From Octopus sinensis (lineage: Eukaryota): a stretch of 64,000 bases of DNA. The position numbers and the translations under genes were made by a program. The stretch is from NCBI RefSeq assembly GCF_006345805.1, contig NC_043023.1:6696001-6760000 (forward strand), in the 5' to 3' direction. The notes under the pieces were generated by a model, which saw nothing but the letters and a program-made list of their open reading frames with translations, was not told the origin of the DNA and did not search any database. Below, piece after piece: positions 38,118-52,328 of the stretch. The stretch's first letter is position 1, and every line of letters begins with the position of its first letter.

Positions 38118-38803
38118 AGTGGCTATGTGGTAAGTAGCTTGCTTATCAACCAAATGGTGCTGGATTCAGTCCCACTGTGTGGCACCTTGGGCAAATGTCT
38201 TCTACTATAACTTCGGACCAACCAAAGCCTTGTGAGTGGATTTGGTAGACGGAAACTGAAAGAACCCTGTCGTATATGTCTGTGTGTGTGTATGTGCGTG
38301 TGTGTGTTTGTACCCCTACCATCACTTGACAACCGATGTCGGTATGTTTACATCCCTGTAACTAAGCAGTTCGGCAAAATAGACCAATAGAATAAGTCCT
38401 GGGGGCGATTTGTTCGATTAAAGGCAATGCTCCAGCATGGCCGTAGTCAAATGACTGAAACAAATAAAAGAATAAAAGAATATGCACAGGCGTGGCTGAG
38501 TGGTAAGAAGCTTGCTTCTCAAACACATGGTTCCAGGTTCAGTCCCACTGCATGGCACTTTGGGTGAGTGTCTTTTGCCTTGAGCCGACCAAAGCATTAT
38601 GAGTGAATTTGATAGAGCAAAACTGAAAGAAACCTATTGTAAATATGTTGGCTGTGTGGTAAGTAGCTTGCTTACCAACCACATGGTTCCGGGTTCAGTC
38701 CCACTGTGTGGCATCTTGGACAAGTGTCTTCTACTATAGCCTCGGGCCGACCAAAGCCTTGTGAGTGGATTTGGTGGACGGAAACTGAAAGAAGCCCGTC
38801 GTA

Positions 38804-38880
<77 letters not shown>

Positions 38881-39179
38881 ATGTTTGTGCGTCTGTGTTT
38901 GTCCCCCCCCAACATCGCTTGACAACCGATGCTGGTGTGTTTACATCGCCATCACTTAGCGGTTCGGCAAAAGAGACCGATACTGGGCTTACAAAGAATA
39001 AGTCCCGGGGTCGAGTTGCTCGACTAAAGGCGGTGCTCCAGCATGGCCGCAGTCAAATGACTGAAACAAGTAAAAGAGTAAAGAGTAACACTATATGTAT
39101 GTATGCATATAATAATATATAAATATATGCATATATACATAGATATATGTACATACCTACATATATATGTATATATAAA

Positions 39180-39480
39180 TGCATATATGGGTACAGGACA
39201 CCAAAAAAACGTTGGACACAATGAGAAACGAAAACATAAAAGCTAAACATGGAAACAAACTTTTTTTCAAATAACAAAAAAAACAGAGTACAAGACATAC
39301 AACACAAGGAATATTCCCCTTCTTCAGTTGTCCCTGTTTCTTCTACTCCATGTTTCGAAGATAAGGACAAGACACGAATTCGTTGAAACAGTCATTCCCG
39401 GAAATGTTTTTGTTTTTATGTTTTCATTTCTCATTGTGTTCAACGTTTTTTTGATGTCCTGTATCCATATATGCATATAT
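39180..39480. mobile_element. fold-back element with about 70-bp terminal inverted repeats in TA-rich sequence
   Basis: gcatatatgggtacaggacaccaaaaaaacgttg... mirrored by ...caacgtttttttgatgtcctgtatccatatatgc; homologous to 63421 onward. Confidence 0.8.
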
Positions 39481-41108
39481 ATATACATATATATGTAGGT
39501 ATGTACATATATGTATGTATATATGCATATACTCTTTTACTTGTTTCAGTTATTTGACTGCAGCCATGCTGGAGCACCACCTTTAGTCGAGCAAATCGAC
39601 CCCGGAACTTATTCCTTGTAAGCCCAGTACTTTTTCTATCAGTCTCTTTTTGCCAAACCGCTAAGTAATGGGGACATAAACACACCAGCATCGGTTGTCA
39701 AGCGATGTTGGGGGGACAAACACAGACACACACACACACACACACACATACATACATATATACGACAGGCTTCTTTCAGTTTCCGTCTACCAAATCCACT
39801 CACAAGGCTTTGGTCGGCCCGAGGCAAGAGTAGAAGACACTTGCCCAAGGTGCCACGCAGTGGGAATGAACCCAGAACCATGTAAACTAGCTACTTACCA
39901 CACAGCTACTCCTGCGCCTTGTTTAATATTGTTTATATTATTACATGATCGAATGCCACACATCCTTTTCCAAGTAAGTTTTGTGTATATATGTATATAC
40001 ATATATGTGTGTGTGTGTGTGTGTGCCTCCCACCCCCACCACTTGATAACTGGTGGTGGTGTATTTATGTCCCTGTAACTTAGCAGTTTGGCAAAAGGTA
40101 CTGATAGAATAAGTACTATGCTTCAAAAATAATAATTCCTACAGCAGATTTTTTTGACTAAAACCCTTCAAGGTGTTGCTCCAGCATGGCTGCAGTCAAA
40201 TGCCTGAAACAAATAAATGATTGAATTTATATCTAAACTGACGGAGTGGAACAGTTAAAATCCAGATTGCATATGTTTCCTAGCTAGCCGATTCTCTGAT
40301 GTAATGATCACCCAATGAAGGGTTACACTCATCAATAATCGTATTCTTATCTTATATGTATTGAATTTTAATGTATATATGTATGTTATTATGGTTCTTG
40401 TATTGTTAAATAAATAAATAAGTCAACATTATAATATCTGAAAGCTGATGAGCAAACTAAATTGTTTCTCCATTTTCTTATTTGCAATATAAATTAATGG
40501 TAAAATATTTCTTTACCTTCACCCATTTAATACAATAAGTGAGTTAATTGCATGGCAATTAAAAACACTTGTGTATTAATAACTTGGGTATATATATATA
40601 TATATATATATGTATTAATAACTTGGGTATATATATATATATATAAAAATTTGTTGGGGCTGCTATTTCTACTAAGTTCAGTATGTGGCAAAGTAATTTA
40701 TTTTACTAAGCCCTAATTATATAATGTAATATTTTGAATTCGCCTTAAATGGTCCTTTTACATACTGAACACTTGGTGAAATTGATTAATTAATTAATTT
40801 TACCCTCAATTGTTGATATATATATTTCACGTTCATTATATATAAAAACATTCATTCTTATATATATATATATATACAAAAAGCAATAAAGATTCAAGTT
40901 AATTTAAATGAATTTACTTGAATATGGTACCTAACTTAGATGCACCAAAAACAAACTATACTGTTTTAACAATACAGTAATGTGGGTTGATTATAAGCGA
41001 GAAAGAAGCAACAAGAATGGATAGGTTTTTAGTACAATCGTTTCATACAAGGACAGGCTTTATTAAAAGTTGTAAAAATTACAGCATATAAACGTATATA
41101 TATATACA

Positions 41109-41143
<35 letters not shown>

Positions 41144-41219
41144 GCCTTAATTCACAAATTGGTGGTGGTGGTTGTGGTGGTGGTGCAAGAATTTTTATTA
41201 TGTAGTGAAATAATGTGAT

Positions 41220-41563
41220 TTATTAATCCTTTTGATACCAACTCACCTGAAAACATTCTGGGCTCTGTGATGCAAACTTCGGTTTTGATCCAATTAAAAC
41301 CTTCCATTAAAATTTCCCGTTTATTTATGTTCCAAACACCAGTTTAATAATACTCTTTACTCTCTCTCTTTTTACTTGTTTCAGTCATTTGACTGCGGCT
41401 ATGCTGGAGCACCGCTTTAGTCGAGCAAATCGACCCTGGGACTTATTCTTTGTAAGCCCAGTACTTATTCTATCGGTCTCTTTTGCCGAACTGCTAAGTG
41501 ACGGGGACGTAAACACACCAGCATCGGTTGTCAAGCAATGCTAGGGGGACAAACACAGACACA

Positions 41564-41629
<66 letters not shown>

Positions 41630-41921
41630 TATATATACATATATACGCCGTGTAAAAAGCACCCAGCGCACTCTGTAAAGTGGCTGATCTAAATTAAAAC
41701 ATCCATCAAAATTTCATGTTACTCTTTTCCTTGTTTCAGTCATTTGACTGTGGCCATGCTGGAGCACCGCCTTTAGTCAAGTGAATCAACCCCGGACTTA
41801 TTATTTGGAAGCCAAGTATTTATTCTATCGGTCTCTTTTGCTGAACTGCTAAGTTACGGGGATGTAAACACACCAGCATCGGTTGTCAAGCGATGTTGGG
41901 GTGACAAACACACACACAGAC

Positions 41922-41954
<33 letters not shown>

Positions 41955-42448
41955 CACACACACATATATACATATATATATATATATATATATGATGATG
42001 ATGATGATGATGATGATGATACATACAACGGACAAACACAGACATACAAACACACACACACACACACACACGCATATATATACATATATGATGGGCTTCT
42101 TTCAGTTTCCGTCTACCAAATCCACTCACAAGGCTTTGGTCGGCCCGAGGCTATAGTAGAAGACACTTGTCCAAGGTGCCACACAGTGGGACTGAACCTG
42201 GAATCATGTGTTGGTAAGCAAGCTACTTACCACACAGCCTATATGTATGTTCCAAGCACCAGTTTAACCAGTTTAATAATGACAATGTAATTTTACAGAA
42301 TTCTTCATTATTATCAAAATTAATTAAAACAAGCACAGTGTTTCCTTTGAAATATGGTAACAAAAGAGTTAAAGTGATCTAAATTAAAACCTTCAATTCA
42401 AAATTTCTTGTTATATATAATAATAATAACAATAATATTAATAATAAT

Positions 42449-42490
<42 letters not shown>

Positions 42491-42657
42491 AATAATAATA
42501 ATATTTTAATTTAACTTTAAAAAAAAAAATGAACGAACTAGTGAGTTTAGTTTAATGGCTTACCAATGTATACTATGAGTTTCTTTGCCCTAGGAGTCAG
42601 GAAGACACTCGGCAAGAAATGGAAGCAAATTTGAAAGAAGAAGAAAAAAAGATAACA

Positions 42658-42694
<37 letters not shown>

Positions 42695-45355
42695 AATTAT
42701 TATATACAGTGCTCAGGTGCACCATAACTTGTCAGAAAGTGCGTATAAAGCATATGCAGTAATGTACAAATGTCTGGGAAGTGAACAGTGTATGAGTCAG
42801 ATACATGCTTGTGTGTGTATGGAGGGGAGAAAATCAGGTGTAGTGTTGGCGAATCTCAGGAAGTATGGAAGTTTTGAAGGATGCAATGCTCCGACAACTA
42901 ACAACTGATGCCAGCAGTTTGTTCCATGCTTCAGCAACTCTTAGCATGAAAAAATGTTTCCTAAAGTCATGGGAGCTGTGCTGTTTTCTGACTTTGTAAA
43001 CATGTCCTTGGGTGTTAGACAGGTGGAGTTTGAAAAGGTGCTCAGAGTTATTGTTTGTAAGATGGTTAATAATTTTATGGGTGTCTGCCAAGTCAGCTGC
43101 CAGACATCGGAGTTTCAATGTGTCCATGCCCAGGGAAGTAAGGCGTTCAGAATATGGCAAATGCCTGATGGAGGGTATTCTCTTGGTTGTGCATCGCTGA
43201 ACGGTTTCCAGATATTCATGTTCCAAACATAAGTTTAACAGTGATATAGTTATTTTAACTAAATTCTTCATTATTTTCAGAATGAATTGAAACAAAGCCA
43301 AGTGTATTTAACAGAAATATGGTAACAAAAGGGTTAAAGTGATCAAATTTAAAACCTTCCCTCAAATTTTCATGTTAATTTATGTTCCAAAGACCAGTTT
43401 AACCCTTTCGTTACTGTATTTCTATTGAGATGCTCTGTGTTTCTTTCAATTCATTTTCAATATAACAAAGAATTTAGTAAAATAACTTAGTTATTATAAA
43501 GCTAGTGTTAGGAACATAAATTGTGACTAAGGTTTGGTGGAAGATTTTAATTCAATACTTATGAAAACAAGACATTTGTACTATAGAGCCAGAGGCAGTT
43601 TCAGTGGGGTTGGTACCAAAAGGGTTAAGAATTGTTTCTCCATTATATATCTTAACCCTTTTGTTACCATATTTCTGTTGAGATGTTCTGTGTTTCTTTC
43701 AATTACTTTAAATATAACAAAGAATTTAGTAAAATAACTTAGTTATCATTCAGCTAGTATTAGGAACATAAATTGTGACTAAGGTTTGGTGGAAGATTTT
43801 AATTCAAAACTTATGAAAACAAGACATTTATACTACAGAGCCAGAGCCAGTTTCAGCCGGGTTGGTAATGAAAGGGTTAGGAATGGCAATGTAATTTTCA
43901 AGGAGACAGAGATACACACACACACATATACACACACACATACACACAAACACACACACATAAAAACATACACGCACATACACACACACAAAACACACTA
44001 ACATGGACATGCAAACACATGAATATGTAGAATACATACATACAAATGTACACACAGAAATAGATACATACACACACGTATATACATACACACACATGCA
44101 TATATACATACATGTATGTGTATGCACACACACACACACACAGATTCACATGCATGCACACAAACAAACAAAAAGGAACACGGTGTAAATAACGGACAGA
44201 GTCAAGACTATTGAAAGGTTGCAAGACACAGCGAAAATTTTAGGAAAATAAAAATAAGAAATAAGTGGAAGTTTTACCAGTGAGTGTGTTACATCATAAG
44301 GCACAAAAAGAAAATGACTCTCCCCAGACACAACAGAATATGCTTCAATGGTATTTCCAAAATTAATTGAACCCAGCGTAGTGTATTTCAACAGAAATAT
44401 GGTAACAAAAGGGTTAAAGTGATCTAAATTAAAAACTTCCTATCAAAGTTTCATGCTACTTTTTAACTCTTTTACTTGTTTCAGTCATGTGACCGTGGCC
44501 ACGCTGGAGCACCGCCTTTAGTTGAGCAAATCAACACCATGACTTATTCTTTGGTAGCCTAGTACTTATTCTATCGGTCTCTTTTGCTAACTGCTAAGTT
44601 ACGGGGACGCAAACACACCAGCATCAGTTGTCAAGCGATGTTAAGGGGACAAACACAGGCACACAAACACACACACACACACACATATCATTATCATCAT
44701 CATCATCATTTAACGTCTGCTTTCCATGCTAGCATGGGATGGACAATTTGACTGAGGACTAGCGAAATATATACATATATAGAACGGGCTTCTTCCAGCT
44801 TCCGTCTACTAAATCCTCTCACAAGGCTTTGGTCGGCCCAAGGCTATAGTAGAAGACACTTGCCCAAGGTGCCACACAGTGGGACTGAACCTGGAACCAT
44901 GTGGTTAGTAAGCAAGCTACTTACCACACAGCCACTCCTACGCCTAATTTATATTCCAAACATAGGTTTAATAATAATACTATTTCACTAAATTCTTTAT
45001 TATTTTTCAAAATTTACAGGAACAAAGAAAGTGCATTTCAACAGAAATATGGTAACAAAAGGGTTAAAGTGATCTAAATTACAACATTACTTTATAATTT
45101 CCTACTAATTTATGCTCCAAACACCAGCTTAATAATGACAAATAGATTTTACTCTTTTACTTGTTTCAGTCCTTCGACTGTAGCCATGCTGGAGCACCAC
45201 CTTTAGTCGAACAAATCGACCCATGACTTATTCTTTGTAAGCCTAGTACTTATTCTATTGGTCTCTTTTGCTAACCGCTAAGTTACGGGGACGCAAACAC
45301 ACCAGCATCAGTTGTCAAGTGATGTTCGGGGGACAAACACAGGCACACAAACATA

Positions 45356-45389
<34 letters not shown>

Positions 45390-45560
45390 TATCATTATCA
45401 TCATCATCATCATTTAATGTCCGCTTTCCATGCTAGCATGGGCTAGACGATTTGACTGAGGACTAGCAAAATATATATATATATATACACACGACATTGG
45501 AGACAAACACAGACACACAAACATACACATATATACATATATATGATGGGCTTCTTTCAT

Positions 45561-45614
<54 letters not shown>

Positions 45615-45890
45615 GACGGGCTTCTTTCAGTTTCCGTCTACCAAATCCACTCACAAGACTTTGATGGGCCCGAGGCTATAGTAGAAGACACTTGCCCAAG
45701 GTGCTACGAAGTGGGACTGAACCCAGAACCATGTGGTCGGTAAGCAAGCTACTTACCACACAGCCGCTCCTACGCTTATTTTTATTTAATATTTTTATTA
45801 AAGATTTTGCAGAATTCTTTATTATTTTAAAAATTAACTGGAACAAAGGCAGTATATTTCATCAGAGAAATGGTAACGAAAAGGGTTAAC
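41220..45890. mobile_element. cluster of piggyBac-type (TTAA-CCCTT...AAGGG-TTAA) MITE units interrupted by SINEs and a CR1
   Basis: gaaatatggtaacaaaagggttaa ends at about 42370, 43335, 44415, 45065 and 45888; complete inverted copies at 43400-43628 and 43652-43880. Confidence 0.7.
42660..43215 (-). mobile_element. CR1-clade LINE 3' end
   Basis: LETVQR..TKRIP.IRHLPYSERL..LG..TL..R...FF..RVAEAWNKL; (TTA)n tail. Confidence 0.88.
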
Positions 45891-46110
45891 CCTTTAGTGT
45901 TCTGATTATTCTATCAAACATAATGCCTATTGATTCCCATTGATTTGAATTAATCATGCATTATCTCATATCTTCAAGATCTTGATGGTGTAATTATTCA
46001 ATGTAGAATAACATTGTAGGGTAGGCGTGAGAGCCTGGATCTGGTCAGTTTGAACATAAAACAGATTAACTATTTGGCCGGATATGGCCGGTTGAAATAC
46101 TAAAGGGTTA
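45886..46110. mobile_element. second TTAA-flanked MITE family (also 26519-27622, split by an RTE tail, and a fragment at 2938-3050)
   Basis: ttaaccctttag...ctaaagggttaa termini. Confidence 0.7.
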
Positions 46111-46801
46111 AAAACCTACCAAGTATGTAAGTAGGAGGACAAAGCCAAAATAGTATTTTTTATGCAGCCAACACTTTAATGATGATGAGTGAAAAGACAA
46201 AGAAATAAGAAAACAATGACAGTCTCTGAGAAGATGACACCAATTACAATGTAAGACCAATGGAACAACCTTGAGCGAAGTTGATATATTTTAAATATTT
46301 GGAATCTTTTGTTATTATATCAGATAGGTGGCTGTGTGTGCAAAGACGTTTGCTTTCCAGCCACATTGTTCCTGGTTCAGTCTCACTGAGTGGCACCTTG
46401 GGCAAGTGTTTTCTACTATAGCCTTGGGCCAACCAAAGCCTTGTGAGTGGATTTGGTAGACGGAAACTGAAAGAAGCCCATCGTATATATGTATATATAT
46501 ATATATATATATGCGTGTGTGTGTTTGTGTGTCTGTGTTTGTCCCCCCAACATCACTTGACAACCGATGCTGGTGTGTTTATGTCCCCATTACTTAGTGG
46601 TTTGGCAAAAGAGACCGATAGAATAAGTACTGGGCTTACAAAAGAATAAGTCCTGGGGTCGAGTTGCTTGATTAAAGGCGGTGCTCCAGCATGGCCGCAG
46701 TCAAATGACTGAAACAAGTAAAAGAGTAAAAAGAGTATATATATACATTATGTACATTATTTACATTTGATGGATATTTGTCCTCATTTTTGTTTGTTGT
46801 T

Positions 46802-46848
46802 AACACAACGTTTCGGCTGATATACCCTCCAGCCTTCATCAGGTGTCT
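46802..46848 (-). ncRNA. minimal type I hammerhead motif (same family as 17118)
   Basis: Core and stems identical to 17118-17165. Confidence 0.7.
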
Positions 46849-46899
46849 TGGGAAATTTCAAACCTGGGTTCTCATTCCTAAAGTATTTTTTCAATGTAC

Positions 46900-46960
<61 letters not shown>

Positions 46961-47123
46961 TATTATTCAGGTCACAGCCTGGAATCGAACTCGGAATCTT
47001 GGGGTTAGTAGCCCACACTCTTAACCACTACGCCAAGGCACTTGGCATAGTGGTTAAGAGCGTGGGCTACTGACGCCAAGATTCCGAGTTCGATTCCAAG
47101 CAGTGACCTGAATGATGATGATG

Positions 47124-47170
<47 letters not shown>

Positions 47171-47249
47171 TATAATAATTATAATAAAAATAATAAGTAC
47201 ATTGAAAAAATACCTTAGGAATGAGAACCCAGGTTTGAAATTTCCACAA

Positions 47250-47291
47250 GACACCTGATGAAGGGTGGGGATATATCAGCTGAAATGTGTT
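47250..47291 (+). ncRNA. degenerate hammerhead (same family, stem III deleted)
   Basis: gacac-CTGATGA-agggtg...cagct-GAAA-tgtgtt; lacks the CGT of stem III. Confidence 0.5.
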
Positions 47292-47488
47292 GACAACAAA
47301 AAAGATGAGGACAAATATCCATCAAATGTAAATAATGTAAATAATTCCTCATCTCTCAAATATAGAACTGTATTATTTATATATAAAGTTAATCCAAACA
47401 TGAAAACACAAAGAGAAAACACAACAACGCGAGGACGTGCAACAAATATAGTATTACTGGACGCTCAGGAAGGAAGGGAAGAAGGAGG

Positions 47489-47523
47489 GTTTGACGTTTT
47501 GAGTGGAGCTCTTCGTCGGAAAC
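47489..47523 (-). ncRNA. degenerate hammerhead
   Basis: gttt-CCGACGA-a-gag ctcca ctc-AAAA-C-GTC^aaac; two core substitutions. Confidence 0.4.
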
Positions 47524-47619
47524 ATAGGAGAAGGAAAGATCCAGAGAAGGAAAGACAGAGGAAAAAAAATCACCAATGGTACACTCGCGGTCACATTTTG
47601 ATATATATATATATATATA

Positions 47620-48322
47620 TATCATCATCATTTAACGTCTGCTTTCCATGCTAGCATGGGTTGGACGATTTGACTGAAGACTGCTGAACTAGACAGCTGC
47701 ACCAGACTCCAGTCTGATCTGGCAGTGTTTCTACAGCTGGATGCCCTTCCCAATGCCGACCACTCCAAGAGTGTAGTGGGTGCTTTTACGTGCCACTGGC
47801 ATGAGGGCCAGTCAGGTGGTATTTGTAATGGCCACACTCAAATGGTGCTTTTTACGTGCCACCAGCACAGGAACCAGTCCAGCAGCACTGGCAATGACCT
47901 CGCTTGCATGTTTTTTCACGTGCCACCAGCACAAGAGCTAGTTAGGCAATGCAGATAATGATCACACTCGAATGGTGCTTTTTACGTGCCACCAGCATGG
48001 AAGCCAGTTAGCTGTTCTGGCAACGATCACGCTCGGATGGTGCTCTTAGCACTCCACTAGCATGGATGCCAGTCATCGATTCTGATTTTGATTTCGATTT
48101 CGATTGCCTCAACAGGTCTTTGCGGGCAGAGTTTAGTGTCAAATGAAGGAAAGGTATGCATAAGTGGGCTGGTTACACCCTTGGTAAAGGCCACAAGGTT
48201 ATGGTCTCACTTGGGCTTGCCGAGTCTTCTCAAGCACAGCATATTTCCTAATGTCCCGGTCACTAGTCATTGCCTCGGTAAGGCCCAATTTTTGAAGGTC
48301 ATGCTTCACCACCTCATCCCAG
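47620..48322 (-). mobile_element. RTE-clade LINE 3' UTR
   Basis: Collinear with 25370-26050. Confidence 0.85.
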
Positions 48323-48552
48323 TTGTGCAGGTCATTCGGTAGAAGCTGAACGCTCATACATCATCTTTGATGGAAGAGTCCACTGTGTGTGTGTGTGTGG
48401 GGGGGGGTCTGTGTTTGTCCCCAAGCACTGCTTGACAACTGGTGCCGGTGCTTTGTAACTTAGCAGTTTGGAATAAGTCTGGGTTTTAAGAAAAACGGTA
48501 AAAAGTAGTGGGTTTGATTTATTCAACAAAAAATTCTTTGAAGCAGTGTCCT

Positions 48553-48818
48553 ACGTATCATGAAAATTGTTCAAAGACAATTGTTTGAAAACAATCATTC
48601 GAAAAACAATTATTCAAAAAATGGTTATTCGAAATGTATATCATTTGTGTCATTGATTTTTAATTTAATCATCTTTGTTTAAATAAAATATAAAATTTAG
48701 AATAATTAACGTTTTGTATAATTGTCCTTTTCAACAATTTTCATTCATACAATTTTCCATTCAAATAAATGTTTTTTGAATAATTGTATTCAAACAATTA
48801 TTTTTGAACACAGTCCAT
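48553..48818. mobile_element. degenerate fold-back MITE with short subterminal repeats
   Basis: ttcaaa/ttcgaa-aacaat units on the left mirrored on the right. Confidence 0.5.
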
Positions 48819-49244
48819 ATAACTATATATAGGTGCAGGAGTGGCTGTGTGGTAAGTAGCTTGCTAACCAACCACATGGTTCCAGGTTCAGTCCCACTGC
48901 ATGGCATCTTGGGCAAGTGTCTGCTGCTATAGCCCCGGGCCGACCAAAGCCTTGTGAGTGGATTTGGTAGACGGAAACTGAAAGAAGCATGTCGTATATA
49001 TGTATATATCTATATATACATGTGTGTGTGTGTGTGTGTGTGTTTGTATGTCTGTGTTTGTCCCCCCAACATCGCTTGACAACCGATGCTAGTGTGTTTA
49101 CATCTCTGTAACTTAGCAGTTCGGCAAAAGAGACCGATAGAATAAGTATTAGGCTTACAAAGAGTAAGTCCTGGGGTTGATTTGGTCAACTAAAGGCAGT
49201 GCACCAGCATGGCTGCAGTCAAATGACTGAAACAAGTAAAAGAG

Positions 49245-49900
49245 AGTATGTTGGACATAAGAAGCATCAGATGTGGTGTGCAAGAGAGAAGACTGCATTG
49301 GTATGGTCATGGATGAGGACAGCTGTGTGAAAAAGTGTTGAACCCTAGCAGTAGAGGGAACCTGTGGGAGAGATAGACCCAGGAAGACCTGCGAGGAGGT
49401 GGTGAAGCACGACCTTTCAATGTTAGGCTTCACAGAGGCAAGGACAAGTGGCTGAGACCTTTGGAGATATGCTGTGTTTGAGAAGACCCGGCAAACCAAG
49501 TGAGACTGTAACCATGGCCTATGCCAGTGCAGCAAAACCAGCCCATTTAAGAGTATCCTTCATTCACTGGGCAATAAACTGTGCTTGCGAAGACCTGTTG
49601 AGTCAATGAAATCATTGTCATGGCCAATGACAGTACCACCTTACTGGTTCCCATGCTGGTGACATGTAAAAAGCACCATTCAAGCCTGGTTGATGCCAGT
49701 ACTGCCTGACTGGCCCTTATGCCGATGGCATGTAAAAAGCACTCACTGAGTGGTTGGTATTAGGAAGGGCATTCAGCTGTAGAAACTTTGCCAGATCAGA
49801 TTGGAGTCTGGTACAGCCGCTGGCTCTCTAGACCTCAGTCAAACCGTCCAACTCATGCCAGCAGGGAGAGCAGACGTTAAACGACAACGATGATGATGAT
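49245..49900 (+). mobile_element. RTE-clade LINE 3' fragment
   Basis: CGVQERRLHWYGH...EGTCGRDRPRKT, the same 3' UTR and (GAT)n tail. Confidence 0.85.
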
Positions 49901-49904
49901 GATT

Positions 49905-50600
49905 ACTTCACAAGTTGTGAAATTTGTGTTTTTGTGACCATGTGTATGTTGTGTGCGATTTTTTCATGGACAGGAAGTAGAAACAAAGATCCAACATGAA
50001 ATTTTGCATTAAACTTCGGAAGTCTGCTAGAGAGACATTGAGCATGCTTTGGCAAGCTTACAGCAATGAGGCAATGGGTTGTATGCAATGTTTTGTGTGG
50101 TGTAAGCACTTCAAAGGTGAAATAATGTCCCTGGAAGACCTGCCACAAGCATCACCCCTTGGAAATGTGGTATTGTGAATTGAGAACTCATCCCCCAGGG
50201 TCAGACCATTAATCAAGAGTTCTACTGAGATGTTTTGAAGCATTTGAAGGAGAACATTCGGGGAAAGTGACTGGATCTGTGGAGCATGAAGAATTAGCTT
50301 CTCCACGATGACACTGTATCTTGTCACTCATGAGTTTCTCACCAAAAGCAACATGAATTCACTTCCACACCTGCCCTATTAACTAGATTTAACACCTGTG
50401 GACTTCTACCTCTTCTCCAAGCTGAACATGCAGCTCAGAGGTCAGCGTTTTAACACCACTGTCAAGATCCAGAGTGAATCACAGTAAGTCCTCTATTTGC
50501 TTGCAGAAAACAACTACCAGGCCAGACTCTAAAAGTGGCAGGAATGCTGGAATTGGTGTATTGTTGTACAAGGGGACTATTTCGAAGGACTTAGGTAAGT
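49905..50600 (+). mobile_element. internally deleted mariner transposase
   Basis: MKFCIKLRKSARETLSMLWQAY N-terminus, LPHLPY..DLTPVDFYLF, WQECWNWCIVVQGDYFEG C-terminus. Confidence 0.85.
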
Positions 50601-50669
50601 TATTATTTATTAAACATAAAAAGCACCATCCAAACATGATCGTTGCCTGGCCTGCCTGACAGGTTCCTG

Positions 50670-51087
50670 GGATCTTTTCCTTTTGAACGGCAGTTTTTAA
50701 CATAATTTCTAGGTAACTAAACACTTTTAAACTTCGTATATTGGTAGAATGTGTTTATAAAACATCTTTTTCTCTTGGTTTTATTGAGAAAATTCTATAG
50801 TTTGTAAGATATTTGTTGTTTTCTTCTTCAATTTCTGCAATTTCAACCAATCAATGACGTCTATTGAGGTAAAAAAAACATTCTGTGCCGTATGAATATG
50901 TCCCTCGTTTAAGAAACAGATTGGGTTTATTTACATTTCTGAAGAAAAAAAGATACCCTTCCCCCCACCCCTAATCCTAACACTAAAAGAGATTGAAATG
51001 CAATAGATCGATACTAGGGTCATAATTATGGGTGACAATTTCATATGACACCGATAGAAAAAAACTGCTGTTCAAACCGAAAAGATC
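50670..51087. mobile_element. MITE with about 28-bp TIRs and an imperfect 9-bp TSD (Mutator-like), inserted in an RTE 3' UTR
   Basis: gatcttttccttttgaacggcagttttt / aaaaactgctgttcaaaccgaaaagatc; flanks aggttcctg / aggtttttg. Confidence 0.7.
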
Positions 51088-51332
51088 AGGTTTTTGTGCC
51101 AGTGGCACGTAAAAAGCACCAACTACACTCTCAAAGTGGTTGGCGTTAGGAAGGGCATCCAGCTGTAGAAACTTTGCCAGATCAGATTGGAGCCTGGTGC
51201 AGCCATCTGGCTCACCAGTCCTCAGTCAAACCGTCCAACCCATGCCGGCATGGAAAACGGACGTTAATCGATGATGATGATCTTGATGATGATGATGATG
51301 AGCTAGTCTAAGCACTTTTTGACACCGCTTCA

Positions 51333-51367
<35 letters not shown>

Positions 51368-52328
51368 GTGCGTGCGTGCGTGTGTATCTTCAACACCGCT
51401 TCATAACAGGTCTTGGCTTACGTCTACGTGACTTAGCTGTTCAGCAATAAAGACTAATAAATGAAGCATCAGGCTTTAAAATAAGTACTGCAGTCGATTT
51501 GTTCCACTAAAACCCCTTCAAGGAAGTACTCCAGTATGGTCGCAGTTCAGTGACTGATACAAGAGAAAGATAAAAGTGAAATCATAAACTAGACACCAAA
51601 ACCTGGCCAGGAACATCAGTTAATTCGTTATATTAACAGACGACAAGGCTGCGAGCTGGTGGAAACGTTAGCACGTCGGGCGAAATGCTTAGCGGTATTT
51701 CGGCTGCCGTTACGTTCTGAGTTCAAATTCTGCTGAGGTCGACTTTGCCTTTCATCCTTTCGGGGTCGATAAATTAAGTACCATTTACGCACTCGGGTCG
51801 TTGTAATCGACTTAGTCCGTTTGTCTGTCCTTGTTTGTCCCCTCTATGTCCCATCTATCCTTGCTTGTCCCTTGTGGGCAATAAAGAAATAAGAAACGTT
51901 AGCACGCTGGGCGAAATGCTTAGAGGTATTTCGTCTGCCGTTACGTTCTGAGTTCAAATTCCACCCGAGGTCGACTTAGCCTTTCATCCTTTCGGGGTCG
52001 ATGAATAAAGTTTCGCACTGGGGTCGATGTAATCGACTTAATCCCTTTGCCTGTCTTTGTTTGTCCCCTCTGTGTTTAGCCCCTTGTGGGTAGTAAAGAA
52101 ATAGGTATTTCGTCTGTCGTTACGTTCTGAGTTCAAATTCCGCCGAGGTTGACTTTGTCTTTCATCCTTTCGGGGTCGATAAATAAAGTACCAGTTTCGC
52201 ATTGGGGTCGATGTAATCGACTTAATCCCTTTGTCCTTATTTGTCCCCTCTATGTTTAGCCTCTTGTGGGCAGTAAAGAAATATATATTAACAGACGACC
52301 TAAGTTATGTACCTTGTTTCTGTATGTA

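Noticed and set aside
46178-46230. Box C/D-like ATGATGA...CTGA
   Set aside because: Too short (about 50 nt), no terminal stem or recognisable guide
50965-50990. Telomere-like CCCTAA variants
   Set aside because: Only three degenerate units inside a MITE
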